From NCBI RefSeq assembly GCF_009914755.1, contig NC_060928.1: a stretch of DNA of 64,000 nt; one strand, written 5' to 3'. Numbering within the stretch: position 1 is the stretch's first letter; each line of letters begins with the position of its first letter. Of this stretch, positions 43,651 through 58,170 are shown piece after piece. Source of the DNA: the human T2T-CHM13v2.0 reference genome, Homo sapiens. The notes beneath the pieces were generated by a model, which saw only the letters and a program-made list of their open reading frames with translations, ran no database searches and was not told the origin of the DNA. The position numbers and the translations under genes are program-made.

Positions 43651-46348
43651 ACTCAAAAGATAAGTCATTCAATACTTGATTAACACAGTTGTTAGCCAAC
43701 ACATGTTAGCTTTTCTTCAGTTTTGAGTAAAGGCTTAGTGCTATATTAACAACAATGAACATAGGTTATAACTTATCTGAAAAGTGGATGATTTTTTTTG
43801 GCTCCATTCACTTGAACCAATATTTAACAATAAGATACGTCAGTTAAGCCTAACCTTACATATTGGATATTGCAAATGACAGTCTTGCAAAAATAAATAG
43901 ATAAGTGCAAGAGAGAAAGAAAAAGACAGACAAGGGGGAGGGGTGTAAATACAACTTTATGCAAAACTAGTGGCTTGCCATAAGTCCTGAATTTTGAAAC
44001 AGTGATTTTAAATTGTTGCTTTGAATCTCACTGCAGATGCAGATGGTAGGAGATATCCTCTGAAAAAGCTGATTACACTATATGGTGCATAGAGGACTGA
44101 TGAGGAAAAACAAGACTCAAGTTTTCTCAGCTTTATCATAAGCGTTTTGGTATTTTTGCTTATACGTTAAATTGCAAGTCCTCTGTGGATGAAAAAAATA
44201 CATTAAAGTGTACTCTTACATTTCCAGAGATCACTTTAGGTAACCTAAAAATTCTTATCTCAAAAAAGAAAACTCAGACTGACAACTTTTCTCATTCTTT
44301 AAAGTGCCTTGCCCAACACATCTGAACTAATGACTAAAAAGGCCGGGAGCCTGGACTTCTCCCAATGGGCAATCAAGGTGAAAGGCCCTTCCTTTCTTAC
44401 TTCTGAGAGAAAGGTATGATTTTACACATTGTTCCTTTTTTTGTGAGTTAGGCATCTGAAATCTTTAGAGAGTTTGTCAGTTCTGAGCAAGAGGCCTTAG
44501 ATTGTGATCTACTCTCCATTAAGGAGAAAACAAATAGGCCCACATCCTGGGTGTTCCAGAAACACCCGGAAAACATTTTCTCAAGGATGTTTTATTGGCC
44601 CTGACATATGGTCTCTTTGGATAGATATTTGGCCAGACCATGGCTCCAGGAAGATTGATACACTCAAGTAATTTACATTCTAGACGTTCCTCTGCTGCAA
44701 TGTGCACACTGTTATTTTCGAATGAACCTGCAGACACCACTTGACTCCACTCTGCTTGTGCGGCAGACACACACCCCATCCACTTACAAGTGTTCTTCAC
44801 GGTTTTCAGCGATGTGCTCAAGTAAGCAGTAAGCAACCCGCTGCCATTGTCCTGGACAAAATGCAAAGCTGTTTTCGGCATTTACTATTGCAAATATTAA
44901 GGTAGATGTGATTTATTTCCTCTCTCTGACTTCCTGAATTTCAATATCATTTGTCTGTAGCTCATATTTGCCAGATATCATACATTTTTTATTTTTAATA
45001 TTTCAGTATGTCTGATATCCATTTCCCCTGCCTGTCATTGGGGTCAAAAACCACGAGCTACACTTGTTTCTCCCTTACCATTCATAAAGTGAGACTGACG
45101 TTGAACCTATTGCGAGGTGCCCAGCTTTCCAGGGACTAGGTTCAGCTCTTCTTATTCAGTAATATTTAACAACTATTTGTGTGGTATCCACTGTATGCTA
45201 GGCACATATTTTTTTCTTATTATTTACAACCCTGAGAGTAAGTGGTATTTCTATTTTACAGGGTATAAGTCTGAAATTTAGACAAGCAAATGATTTTCAC
45301 AAGTTCTACAACTACGAGGAAGCAAAATTTGAATATAAAAGTCTCTCAAAAGTTCACTGTTTCCAATACATTAAATGACTCAGTAAACAAAAAGTAAACA
45401 GATGTTGACTAATCAATTCCTGCAAAAGTGATGTAAATATATCTTCAAAAGATGTCTTTATTTAAGTCTTAACGCTTGTAGCTAAATGGGTAGGATGCCA
45501 GTATAAATTTCTAGATACTTTTTGAGGCATCTCTTCTTGTATATCTCTTGTAGCCCATAAAGAATCTTGAATATAAATTGAATTGTAAATTTAAAATCAA
45601 TTTAAAATTTAAAAACCATTATCCTTAAAAAACAGAGTGAATGTTAAAGTCACACAAGCCAAGGTTTTACAGATAATTGTACTAGGTTACCTTGGGGTGC
45701 AGTAATCTTAACAGCAAAAGTATATTTCATGGGAGTAGTATCAGACTATATAATAATTGATTTAAGAGGAAATGCAATATGCCCAAAGAAATCCTGCCCA
45801 AGGCTAGTCTTTCAGTCATTAATTCATTGATTATATATTGAGTGCTTACCATTGCCCAGAGGTAAATCTAATTTATAGGGCAAGTCCATGAACACATATA
45901 CTGGGTCCTCGCTCCCATGGTCTTTAGATTTCAGAAGAGGAATGTAAGAGGCCAAATAAACAAATACATTAAGGAGCTAATGTCAGGTTCTTACATGGGC
46001 AATGATGAAAATATATCAGAATGAGGCAGTGAAGAGTGTTTTAGAGGCTCTGTTAGCTTGTGTTGTCAACCTAAAGATGATGGCAATCTTTAACATCATC
46101 CATAGCCAAAATAATAAAAATATGTCAAAATCTCTACTATGAAATGGTCATTAATAGAATTTTATTGTTTGTTAGAAAGGAAAGAAGACAATGAGCTTGA
46201 GCAATCAGCAGTGGTCTTGAATGTGCTTTTTGTCCAGATGGGATCTTTTGTAATTATTTTTATGTGGTACAACACAACATTTTCAAGTTGAACATTTTCA
46301 AGTCAAGTTGAAGAGATTCGCAAACTTTTAGTTAAAAAAAAATGTCTT

Positions 46349-46633
46349 GGCTGGGTGCGGTGGCTCACAACTGTAATCTCAGAATTTTGGGAGTCCGAGG
46401 AGGGCAGATTGCTTGAGCCCAGGAGTTCAAGACCAGCCTGGACAACATAGCAAAACCCCATCTCAAAAAATTGGAGGGCATGGTGGAGTGAGCCTCTGGT
46501 CCCAGTTACTTGGGGGACTGAGGCAGGAGGATGAGCTGAGTTCCAGGCTGTAGTGAGCCATGTTCATGTCAATGCATTCCAGCCTGGGTACCAAAGGGAG
46601 ACACTGTCTCAAAACAAACAAACAAAAAAAAAA
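46349..46633 (+). mobile_element. AluJ
   Basis: gattgcttgagcccaggagttcaagaccagcctggacaacatag; TSD-like aaaaatgtct / aaaactgtct. Confidence 0.92.
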
Positions 46634-46728
46634 ACTGTCTCTTATCATTCAGTCTCAAAAACCATTGGCCACTGATCCGTACCATAAGGCTTGAAAGACC
46701 TTAACATATTACCTAATGCAGAAATTAA

Positions 46729-46805
46729 TCTCTCTTTCTCTCTCTCTCTCTCTCTCCCCCTCCTCCCCTGCTCAGTGGCGTACACGTGTGTGTGTGTGTG
46801 TGTGT
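46729..46805 (+). repeat. (CT)n followed by (GT)n microsatellites
   Basis: Direct. Confidence 0.88.
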
Positions 46806-47759
46806 ATCGTGAATTAGGGACAAGATTGAGACACAAGTCTGTGTGACTCCAAAGCTATCACACTTTCCATTATAAAACACTGCTTTTTAAATGTAATACT
46901 ATTATGTGGTCATTGCATATTTCTGAGTTGTTAATATAGTAGTTTCGACATTAGGTTGACTTTTGATTCCGTTCACTAAAGGAGGTAAATATTGCTATGC
47001 ATAAAATGAAAGATGGAACGGAAAACTGGGGTGGTAGAAGAGGGTGCTAATAATCAGCCTTCTCTGAGTGGTTCACAAAGAAGTGAATACAGAAACATGC
47101 AATTTGTGCAGTGAAATTTAAAACACCTTTTGTAAGTCAACAAAAACAAGTTTCTCATGGCTCAGAAAAGAGAGCTTCCTGAGTTTTTTATTAATAAACT
47201 CATGTTACAACCAGCATGCCCATGTATACCAAGTCAGGCAGCAAAAGAAAATGGAGAGATCACTAGCCTTTTAGGAAAAAAAAAAGAGTCCTAATGTTGA
47301 TTTATTTCTTTATTAACAAGTAATCTGTCGGTTTACTCCACTCTGTGTGAAGATGTACCACTAACTCATTACACGACTTTAGGCGAAGATGTTTTTTATC
47401 TACTTCCTCAAATACAGAATGAATTTAACACTTGTCTCACTGACTTCACAAGGTGAAGTCACTGCACTAAATGTTTTAGGTACAAGATCTCATTTTATCC
47501 CTCCAAGATGCCCATGAAGTAAGTATCATTAATTAAAGCTATTTTACAGACGAGGAAAATGGGGCTTCAGAAAAATAGATTCTCTAATGACAGAAGATGA
47601 AAAATTTCTTTGAATAATATAAAATGCTATACAAAAATGATGTAATTATAGCCATTTTAAACAGGAAACAGTGAAGCATGTATGCTGTAGAAAAAAATGT
47701 CAACTATATTTAGTAGCTCAGTAAGACCACCTGATATAACTCATGTAATAATACAAAAC

Positions 47760-48000
47760 GTTTAGTTAGAGCTTATATATGCCAACCACAGGTCTTAGCA
47801 TTTATGTCCTCACTTTAATTCATTAATCTTCAAAATAACCCTGTGAGGTACATAGTATTATTATCCCCACTTCACAGCTAAAGAAACACAGAAACAGAAC
47901 AAGTGACTTGTTCCAGGTAACAGCTAGTAAACGGCAGAGCTGGGACTAGAACCCAGAAGGTCTGGTTCTTAAACCTGCGCTCTTCATCATAACACTGCTT
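47760..48000 (-). mobile_element. MIR
   Basis: aaccctgtgaggta...attattatccccacttcacag...agtgacttgttccagg...ggcagagctgggactagaaccc. Confidence 0.82.
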
Positions 48001-49361
48001 CTATGAAGCAGGCTGGAAAGGGTGCAAACCAATTAGCTATTTATTCAACAGGCTTAGAGAACAAATAGCTGGATTATTTCTCATTGCGCACAAGCCTTCG
48101 GGCCATTCTCTAGGCTCTGTTGGTTTGGTCCGCATGATGTTCTGTAAGGAGCAATCAGAGTTTCAAATGGCAGCTCAGCCAGCCCTGTTCATCCTCCATG
48201 ACCTCTTTAAGGTTCTGTTTCCCATTCGTAAATGAGGAAAAGAATACCTATTCATCAGGGATTTAGTGAGGATCAAATGCATTCCGCACAAATTTTGGCA
48301 CAGACATGGTTGGCACTCAGTAAACATTAGTCTGCTTCTTCCTCTGGCCTCAAATGTGGTGTCAGTTCAAATAATTTATTCTCCCATAAACTAGGAAAAG
48401 CTAAGAGAAAGGCCTCAGATCATGAAATATCAGGTTTTAAATCAACTGTATATTGTTCTGAGTGATGAAGTAATGTGCTTTTGTGAAAATAATGTTATCC
48501 TGAGTATTTATAAATAGGTCTTTTTCCCTAAAACATTGTATATTCATATACTGATTTCTCAGAGGTCAGTATATGCAATTTGAAAAACTAGTGGACTGAT
48601 CTGGCTTGGCAATTCCTAGGTCAGTTCTATACTTGCTCATGCCACAGGTCTGCCAAAACAAATTTTATCACCAAGTAGAATTGTCTTGTAACAGTTATTA
48701 GTCAGGGTAGAAGGCAAGATACAGCCTGCTAAGAAACCACACGGAAATATTTGAAAGCACGTGAGTTTTTCAAATTGTTAATTGTGTCAAAAATTTAGCA
48801 GGGGGCATATTTTGAATTTGTTATGTGCTTGAACTTTGGATGGTTCCATGGCCTCATTTTTAAATTGTATTTTAATTGTTCCTGAAATAGAAAAAAACTA
48901 AGAAGATGACAATCTTGCTGTGTTGTTTGAAGACAATTGTTATTCTTTACAGAGTGATTCTGCTGTTTACAAACAAAATATTTATGTTTGTAAGAGTATT
49001 CATATTACAAATGCTCTTTAATCCCCTAATGCAAAGAGTTTTTAATTAGGTTAATAAAATTAGCTTAATTGCTTAAAATCTTTTTACTTCTGTGGCCCTA
49101 ACAGATTTCTAAATTCGAATCTGTGGATAAACATTTGAAATACAATAAGCAAAATAATAATAACAAAGGCAGTAATTATAAGTAGACTTATAGAACCCAT
49201 AGATCTTATGAATTATCAAAATGATTTAGAAATTCACATTTGCAAAGTAAATTTTAATTACAATAAACTTTATCTTTTAATGATATAAAATATATTTATA
49301 TAAATAGAAAGACTGTAAATTTATATTGGCATTACAAACATTTCAAATTTTAAAATTATAA

Positions 49362-49684
<323 letters not shown>

Positions 49685-50096
49685 AAGAATGTTAAACTTT
49701 TTGTACATCTAAAATAAATAGAAAATGGACTCGATATAGTTTAGTTATAACCATAATCATATCAAGACAGGGGGAAAGTTTCAAGTTGAAAGATTATTTA
49801 GTAATATCCTTTTAGATTAAATTATATGATTAAAAAATACAACTCTCTATTTTAATACCAACAATAATTTGTTAAAGACACTGTGTTGGGGAAATTGTAA
49901 CCTACTTAAGTTAAATAAAATATTAAAGTCAGTTAACAGTGAAGTCAGTGGTATAGTTGGATGCCAAGTGAAAACGTGTTTTTCTCACTATTTTACTTGG
50001 AGAGCTATCCGCTGGGGGTTTTTAGCAGTTTCCAGGTTTTGCATGTGGACACTTCAATAACCTTATTTCAGAAAAACTACCAAAATAAGTCATTTA

Positions 50097-50212
50097 TGTA
50101 ATATATATATATATACATATAAAACATATATATATTACATATATGTATATATATTACATATATATGTATATATAGGAAATATATAAGATATATATATAGA
50201 TATATATATCTT
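50097..50212. repeat. (TA)n-rich low-complexity tract
   Basis: Direct. Confidence 0.9.
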
Positions 50213-50869
50213 ACTCATTTTTCTTGGAGAATCTGGGAAGTTACTATAAAACTAAATGGAGGACATGACATTTTGTGACCATAAAACTAAATGCAGGTTA
50301 CTAGAAAACCTAATGCAAAATCTGCCACAAATAGTTTTATGTAATACATATTAATCTCAGATTTGGATACTATAAGATCAACTTCTTATAATTGCCGTAA
50401 TCTGGGCAAAAGAGGTCAAACTAAGCCCAGTGTCTAGGCATAGTAGTTGGCTCTGCATGAAGTGGACATCCATCCTCTGAGTTTAATAGATCCACTGCCA
50501 CTGATTTGAGGCAGGGAACAGAGGACCAGAGAAAGGAGAGAGAGAGAATGAGACAGAAGGGAGGAAAATGCACATGAATATGGAGAGGTGGGGGCATGAG
50601 AATCAACAAAGATCTATCGTTGGGTGGTGATGATTGAGCTGGTCATGTGAGTTTGGGGCCCATGAGCTAGCAGTGATGAAAATCACTTTGTTTTTTATTT
50701 TTATTGAGCATCACTCAGTGAGGTTGTGTTAAATGCCACAGTCTGATTGCATTAAACTTGGGCACGTTTGCTACATCACATTTTTTAGACACATAAATAC
50801 ACGAATGCTATTCACAACTTTATATGTTATAACTATGTAGGCCAAAGTGTATATAAAATAATGATGATG

Positions 50870-51130
50870 TAATAATAGTAGCTAATGCTTATATAAGCCC
50901 TTTTTATGCACCGGACACTGTTCTTCACACATATATCATCCCATTTAATCTTCACCATACCTCTATTAGGTGGTCACTAATATTACGCCCATTGTTTTCA
51001 TATAAAAACTAAGGCATAAAGGATTTAAGTGATTTACCAAGATCATATCACTCATAAGTGGCAATAAATGGCAGAGTTGAGATTCAAAGCAAGTAGGTTT
51101 CTTCAGCGTCCATATCTTTCATCCATTTTG
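50870..51130 (-). mobile_element. MIR
   Basis: catttaatcttcaccatacc...aaaactaaggcataaagg...aagtgatttaccaagatca. Confidence 0.78.
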
Positions 51131-52164
51131 AATAAAGAGTGTATAAATAAAATAGAAGGTTCTTACTATATATGTCACGTATGCATGCCGCCATTCTGTA
51201 CTTACTGATTTCACTCAATGTGTTTGTTCAGGGTCATTGGTAGAATCTCCATTATTTCTGTTTTTTTTTTCATATTGATTTGTTCGTTTATATATCCTGA
51301 CTCACTTTTGCCTGTATCTCCATATATACCCCTATACTAACTGGGTTGGGGAAAAAAAAAGTAAGTGGAACAACTTTGATTTAATTGGACAATTTTTATT
51401 TATCCCCTAAACTGGAAAAGAAATCTAAATTGCTGAGTTTATTTGACTCCTTTATCTCATTTATTTGTCTATTTTAAAAAAATACAATTCCTTTTCATTG
51501 GGACTAATGTCTATTATTAGCATCTATTTCTACTTGTCCTTTTATTGTCAACTAGAAATTAAAGCCAGAGTTTTATCAAAACACATGGAGTGGTAGAAAT
51601 GCCCTTTATTTAATTACTGCAAATCCCTGCAGAGCCACACTCTGGATAAATTAAACTCACTGGATAGAAAAAAAAGAATTTGAATCTAATAGATTATATA
51701 CTTTAGCCTGAAGACACCAAGAAAGGGAAAGGTAGAATTATTAGTCAAAATTGAAAGTACCTTTGAATGGCTGTGCTCTGCTTATTGTAACATTGACTTC
51801 TTCGGTACATTTTCTTAAATAAAAGCTCAAAACACTAAGCTTACATTTTCAAAGTCTAAATTACTTTATGCCTGACTATAGACAGTAATTTATTTTGAAC
51901 AGACCAATCTCCCAATTCTTCAAACACAAATTTCCTAGCATGAAATTTAAAATACTCCATTGATGGGCCCCATGTCAAGAAAGTAACATCTTTTTCTGTT
52001 TTGCAAAACAAATCCGTGCTTAATTAGATTCATTGACAGGCTACTCCCACCCTTCTCCACCTCCTAGGGAGTCCCCTGCAATTTGATTTCCCTTCAGTTC
52101 ATTTCCCCAATATTGTTTTCTCAAAGGTCACAAATAGAACTTGTTAAGGCCCATTTAGCCATCT

Positions 52165-52472
52165 CTTTTTTTTTTTTTTTTTTTTTTTTTTTGACGGAGT
52201 TTCACTTTTGTCGCCCAGGCTGGAGTGCGCTATCTTAGCTCTTGGCTCTGCAAGCTCCTCCTCCTGGGTTCAAGTGATTCTCCTGCCTCAGCCTCCCGAG
52301 TAGCTGGGACTGCAGACACGTGCCACCACACCCGGCTAATTTTTGTATTTTTAGTAGAGACGGGATTTCACCACGTTGACCAGGTTGGTCTTGAACTCCT
52401 GACCTCAGGTGATCCACCCTCCTCGGCTTGCCAAAGTGCTGGGCTGACAGGCGTGAGCCACCGTACCTGGCC
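52165..52472 (-). mobile_element. AluS
   Basis: Long poly-T plus reverse dimer; TSD-like ccatct. Confidence 0.95.
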
Positions 52473-54148
52473 TAACCATCTTAATTCTACTTGACTTCTT
52501 AATGCTGGAAGTACCTTCCCTGATACTCCCTTATCTAGATCAGAGCCCCCTTGATCTTTCCTCGGATTGCCAACTCCCTGGCTCTTTGTTTGGTTCTTAA
52601 AATTCTGGCTCTCTAACTTTCCTATTTCCTTTCTCAAAGAATTCAGGAACTCATTTAGTAACAAACAAACAAACAAATAACAAACTATTATTCTTCAGCC
52701 AGGTGACTCCAAAATTATTTTCTAATCTTGATTTTTCAAAAGTGTTTGAGATTTAAACCTCAACCTCAGCTAAACAAGAAAGTAGTATTTTTTTCTTTAT
52801 AAAGACAAGGAGGATAAAGCAAAATAATGTAGAATATAATGTTATGTGAAATACTTGCTATTTTAAGGATTTTTCTTTTAAGACAATATGTTATATTTAT
52901 TTATATTCAAAGTTCCTGATATAGTTTTTATTATGCATCATAAATTGTGGTAGGTACTAAAAACATAGAAATGAAGTAAACGTATCTACCCACAGGAGCT
53001 TAAAGTCTGTTTAGAATCTGGCAGAAGGAATTAGTGATAGCTGGACCAACAGGAAGGAAGCATTAACTTGGGTATTATTTTATTGTCCTAGAAAATTTTC
53101 ACATACTTGACAAATAGTAGAATGTTTTATGTCTTGATCTCTATTTTCTAATTCCCCCAAACCATGCAAGATTTCTATTCTACTCACATACAAGTATTAT
53201 ATTGATCTGTTATATTATTGAAGGCTCTTTTAATGCAAGAGAAAGAAAACCAGCTACAACCACCTAAAATCAAATGGGGAGTTTCATGGTGCACATCCAC
53301 AAAGTGGACATGTCAGGACAGGGGAACATCTGGATCACAAGAATGCCGGTTCCCAAAGACAATAAGGATGGTTTCCAGCCTCTACTATTTCTGCACTGCG
53401 AAGCCATCATCTCCATTTCAGACTTTCCCACTAAGCAGGAAATACAATTGCCAACAGCAGCTAGCTTCGTACCTCAAAGCAACACCAGAAAGAAGAAGCA
53501 TTTCCATCGAGGGAAGGAGTGAGTGTAAGGAGTATTTCCCCCAAAAGGTAAGATTGCTTTCTCAGAATATGGGAGGAGCTGAGTAGGGCATGATAAATGT
53601 CTTCTCTGGAGAGGCTCTTAACAAAAAGCAAAAATATCATCAGTAAGAAATTCTGGTGAAAATTATTAGTATGGATAAAGACTCCTGGGGGTGGGCGGGC
53701 TAAAGAAAGAAGACAGAATGATGAAAAACAGAAATCAGTGACAAAGGCAGATTTCCATAGCAAAAATTATAGAATGTGAAACAAGGTGGACCCTTTGTCC
53801 CAGCTCCTCCTCCTTACCACCTGTAGGACTCTGTAGAAGCATGCAGAGACGCAGCTGAATGCTAGTCCGTTTGTTTTGTTATGTTTTGTTTTTAAATCCC
53901 TTTACCACATCCGTAATCCAGTTCATAGAGCAATCTTCAATCCTTCATGCTTTTATATCTTCCTAGATAACAGGTAACTTTTTTGGAATAAGGCAAGGTA
54001 TAAACATGAAAACAAATAAATATTTTTGGTGAAGTCTAATTCAGCTTCGTGTTGTTCCCAGTAGAGTAATTAAGATATATTATTTTCCTATTTAACTAAT
54101 ATGGAAATTAAAGGACAAAATGTTTAAACAGTATGCCCTGACAGTAGA

Positions 54149-55367
54149 TGAGTCATAGCAGAAACTGTGATTCCTTGCAGTCATCTGAACTTTTCTGCCT
54201 AACCACCAGTCACAAATTATTTTGGGTCCCTGGTGGGAACCTCAAATCAGCTATACCCAGGGCATCAAACCAAGCAGCAGTTACTAGGTCTGAGAGAGAA
54301 GAGAGCAGAGAGAAAATCAGTCTGATAAGCCCTTACATGAGTCAGTAAGATTGAGACCACGATTTCTTGAATTGTAAGTGAAGAAACTGGGCTAAAAAAT
54401 TCCCAAGTCCTTCCAGAGAAGTGCTGTAACGCCGTCTCTGAGCTAGTGCGTTTCAGAAAAAGTTGGTCCTATTAGGTTTTGTGTAGCTACCCTACTAGAT
54501 ATCAGAGAGACTGACACCTGCAGTGACTTCAGAGGAAAGCAGAGGCAGCACTGCCAAAGAGGCCGTGACTACCCAACCGAGAGAGATGTGTTACGATTTA
54601 CTCAACTGTTTATTTGCCAGGCCTTTAATCTGAAAATGATGGCCTGGCTTTCATAAACCCATGCAAAAATCTGCTATAGAATGTCCCTACGCCTCAATTC
54701 TGGCTTCGAGCCTGGCAGTGGGGGAGGGCAAGTATATGCTTCCACAAAAGGACAAAAGACTCCACCATCCCTTAGAATTGTTCGGCTGCTTTTTTTAGTT
54801 TGTTTTATTCTTGGCTTGCTTGTTTGCATGGGTGGTTACAAAATCTTTAAAAAGTGAAAAAGAGTGCAGAATTTTCAGTACCCTGACTCAAGGATGCAGT
54901 CCACTAGCCTATTCACAGTTTGCATCTCTGACCTTCACAGACTGATTTTCTCTTCTTTACTCCTTTTGTATTGAATGTGTGCTGTAAACTCACATTGCTT
55001 GAGTATGTACACAATGTCTCCACTATATTTCTAATCCTGCATGGAACGGATTAAACTATCAGCATTCTCTCACCTGTGCACTTTTCCCTTACCAAGAATT
55101 TAAAAAAAAAACAACTGTTTATAAGTTTAGACTAACAAGAGCTGAGAGAGCCTGAGTCATAAAAATGATAATTATAACCAATCTTCCAAGTATTATTACC
55201 ATCACTACTATTAGAAAACAAAAATACATCTCTTCTTAATTTTATTAAAGCCTTCCTTAATCTTTTGCATCTGATATCTCTCCCAAAGAAAGAGAAGAAC
55301 AAAGAAGCATAAAGATTGATTACTGGTAAGTGTATTTCTTTTCATCCCTGGTATTTACACTGAGTCA
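54149..55367. promoter_or_regulatory. Candidate AP-1-rich enhancer
   Basis: Five TGA(G/C)TCA heptamers at 54149, 54338, 54884, 55153 and 55361 in mostly unique sequence. Confidence 0.5.
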
Positions 55368-56063
55368 AGAGCTCCCTTACCAGCCACATGGCACCTACTC
55401 TTTCTGTCCTAGAACTAACTACGCTGCCTTTATTCTTCCCTTTCTTTATCTTTTCTCCAGCTTCTCCTGCTGAGCTCACCATGAGATCTCATTGTGCATT
55501 CATGCCTTGAGAAGACAGTGCTGCCGAACTTTACCAGATTATCTTGGGCGCTTGTTAAAAATTGCCAATTATTGGGAGTTCAGAAATCCCCAATAAGACA
55601 GCATAGCCCAGGTCTTTGTACTGTACCGTGCTTCTCCTTTGGACCCTATCGATATATAAACAGCACATGAGAATATCATACACTAAGACTAATCTAAATG
55701 ATTAGGAAACGTAAATTTTATCTCATAGTGGAAATTGACTTGCTTACTTTTATTAACTTTAGTATACCATCTTTCTCAAAAAGCTTACCTCTTCAAGAAT
55801 ATGGCTGTCTTGGGGAACCAGACAGAGATCATCTTCTAAACCTGACTGTACGTTTTGATCATCTGAGAAGATTTTAAGAAAACATGGATCCCAAAACTTA
55901 CTGTATACCTAGTGAACCAGAAAATCTGGAGGATGAAATACAAAAATATATTTAAAATTAAAAACCTTCTCTGTCCTCCATTTCTAACCACCACTATACT
56001 GCCAAGAAGCGCCAATATTGACTCCTGGTGTGTGTACTTCAACCCCTTTTAGCATACCCAAGT

Positions 56064-56312
56064 ATATGTGTGTGTGAGTGTGTGTATATATATATATATA
56101 TATATATGCTTGTATGTTTGTGTATAATATATAATATATACTTTATAAATATATATAATATATACTTTACAGTACATATTAACTATATATAATATATTAT
56201 TTTTTCAAATAATTATATTTACTAACATTATATAATAAAGCATATATAATATATACTTTATAAACCTGTTATATATAATACATAATTTATATATTATAAA
56301 TATTTTTATATG
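56064..56312. repeat. (TG)n/(TA)n and AT-rich low-complexity tract
   Basis: Direct. Confidence 0.88.
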
Positions 56313-56329
56313 CATGTGCTTGAAAAATA

Positions 56330-56590
56330 GGGGCTTTCAGAACATTTACCCAAAAGCCAGAAAGAGAAGAGCATAAAGGTGTAGAACGTGGAAAGTTTTT
56401 TGTAGGTCTGGCCTGGAAGAGATGCCCATGGTTCCACTGACATTCCATTGGCTAGATCTCCATCATGTGACTATGCCTAATTATAGGGGGCTGAGAAATG
56501 TGGTCCTCAGCCTGGCAGCCACTTCCCAGGAACAGCTCCACATTATAAAGACAGAGTAGGAATCTTTGGCGAGTATCTGGCTTTCTCTAC
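56330..56590. mobile_element. Old MaLR LTR fragment (MLT1K/L-like)
   Basis: acattccattggctaga...catgtgactatgcctaattatagggggctgagaaatgtggtc. Confidence 0.6.
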
Positions 56591-56769
56591 CTCTCTACCC
56601 AATTATGCTCTGTTACTGATATTCCCTGAACACTTGATTCCCTCTGTGTTTCTAATCACCATCCTCTCTCAACCTGGAGTGCACTTCTATACATACAGCA
56701 AGCCTAATTTTTCTTCTGTCTCGGTTCCATTTTCTTCTGCTCCTCAGATCCTATTCCTTTCGTAGATTC

Positions 56770-58170
56770 TTTCACTCAACTAATGTCTTTTGAGGTGTAC
56801 CACATGTCAGAAATTTTTTTTAGGTGATGGAGAGCAAAGAGTAAACTAAAGGGACAAAATATCTGCCCTCTTGGAGATTACATTCTTGGACAAATAAACA
56901 AAATGTTTAATAAGTAAACCACATTGTATGATACATAGTGGTATGTTCTGAAGAGATAAATAAAAAACCATAGAGGAAAAGTATAAAATTTACAGAAGTA
57001 GGGTAAAAGTTTTAGACAGGTTGGCCAAGGAAGACAACAATGAGAACATGAATTTAAGTAAAAACTTTGAAAAAGTGCAGAATAAAAAGAACCAATGCAA
57101 ATTTCCTAAGGCAGGAATATGTTAGAAAATGCCCCCAAAACAGCATGAACATCAGCACAGCTTGAGCAAAAAAAAATAGAAGGGAAAGTAGAATATGATG
57201 TTACAATGACAATGGGGTATATTATGTCCAGCTTTGTAGATCACAGAATTTTGGCTTTTATGGAACATGAGATTAGAACTATTAGATGACTTGAAACTAA
57301 GGAGTGACATGACGTTATCTGTTTTAAAATGGCTTCACCAGGCATAGCAGGGAGAATAACAACTCCCCCAGGATGTCCGTGTTCTAATCCACAGAACATG
57401 TAAATATATTACTTCACATAGCAAGAGGGATTTTGTAGATGTGATTAAGTTGAGGATCCTGATATGGGAGGATTATCTTGGGTTATCTACATGAACCCAA
57501 TGTAATCATAAAGGACATCAAAAGAGAGAGGTGGATCAGAGTCAGAGAAGAACCATGTGACAAATAGAGTAAGAACAAGAGCAAGAGAGAGAGAGAGAGA
57601 GTGAAAGATGCTATGCTTCTGGCTTTGAAGATGAAGGAAAGGGCCAGGAGCCAAGGAATACAGGGAACCTCTAGAAAGTGGAGAAGGCAAGAGAACAGAT
57701 TCTCTCCTAGAGCCTCCAGAAAGAACCAACCTGCCTACACCCTAATTTTAGCCCAGCGAGACTCCTTTCAGACCTCTGACCACTGGAACTGTAAGGCAAT
57801 GCATGTGATGTTTTAAGCTAAATTGATGGTAATTTGTTACAGCAGCAATAAGAAACTAATACAGCAGGCTGCGCTGTTGAGAATAACCGGGAGCAAGAAC
57901 GGAAGCAGAGAGACCCGCTAGAGAGCTACTACAGTAACCCAGAAGGGAGAGAATGATGGATCCAACCAAAAGAGGGGCTGTGGGGTTAGTGAGAAATGGA
58001 CAAATTTTGGCAATATTTTGAAGACCATACTGATAGAATTTCCTAAAAGCCCGCCTGTGAGGTAGGTGAGAAAGAGTTAAGGCTGGCACCAGGGTTCTAA
58101 GCCTGAGCACTGACAGAGAGTTGCTATCAAATGAGACAGGGACAACGGCAAGAGGACCTCATTTATGGAA
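56770..58170 (-). mobile_element. L2 fragment interrupted by an MLT1 LTR
   Basis: tctgccctcttggagattacattct, ggagtgacatga and atattttgaag...gaatttcct on both sides of the LTR. Confidence 0.7.
57343..57863 (+). mobile_element. MLT1D-like MaLR solo LTR, near complete
   Basis: gggattttgtagatgtgattaagttgaggatc, ctggctttgaagatgaaggaaagggcc, terminus gtaatttgttacagcagcaataagaaactaataca; 5-bp TSD-like ccagg/gcagg. Confidence 0.88.

Noticed and set aside
44519-44881. 120-aa minus-strand ORF as an independent protein
   Set aside because: No recognisable domain or promoter/poly(A) context; only the internal exon-like segment is kept as a hypothesis
50184-50213. Small palindromes here and at about 3124, 9390, 28677 and 48967
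   Set aside because: Short and AT-rich; expected by chance or from (TA)n self-complementarity
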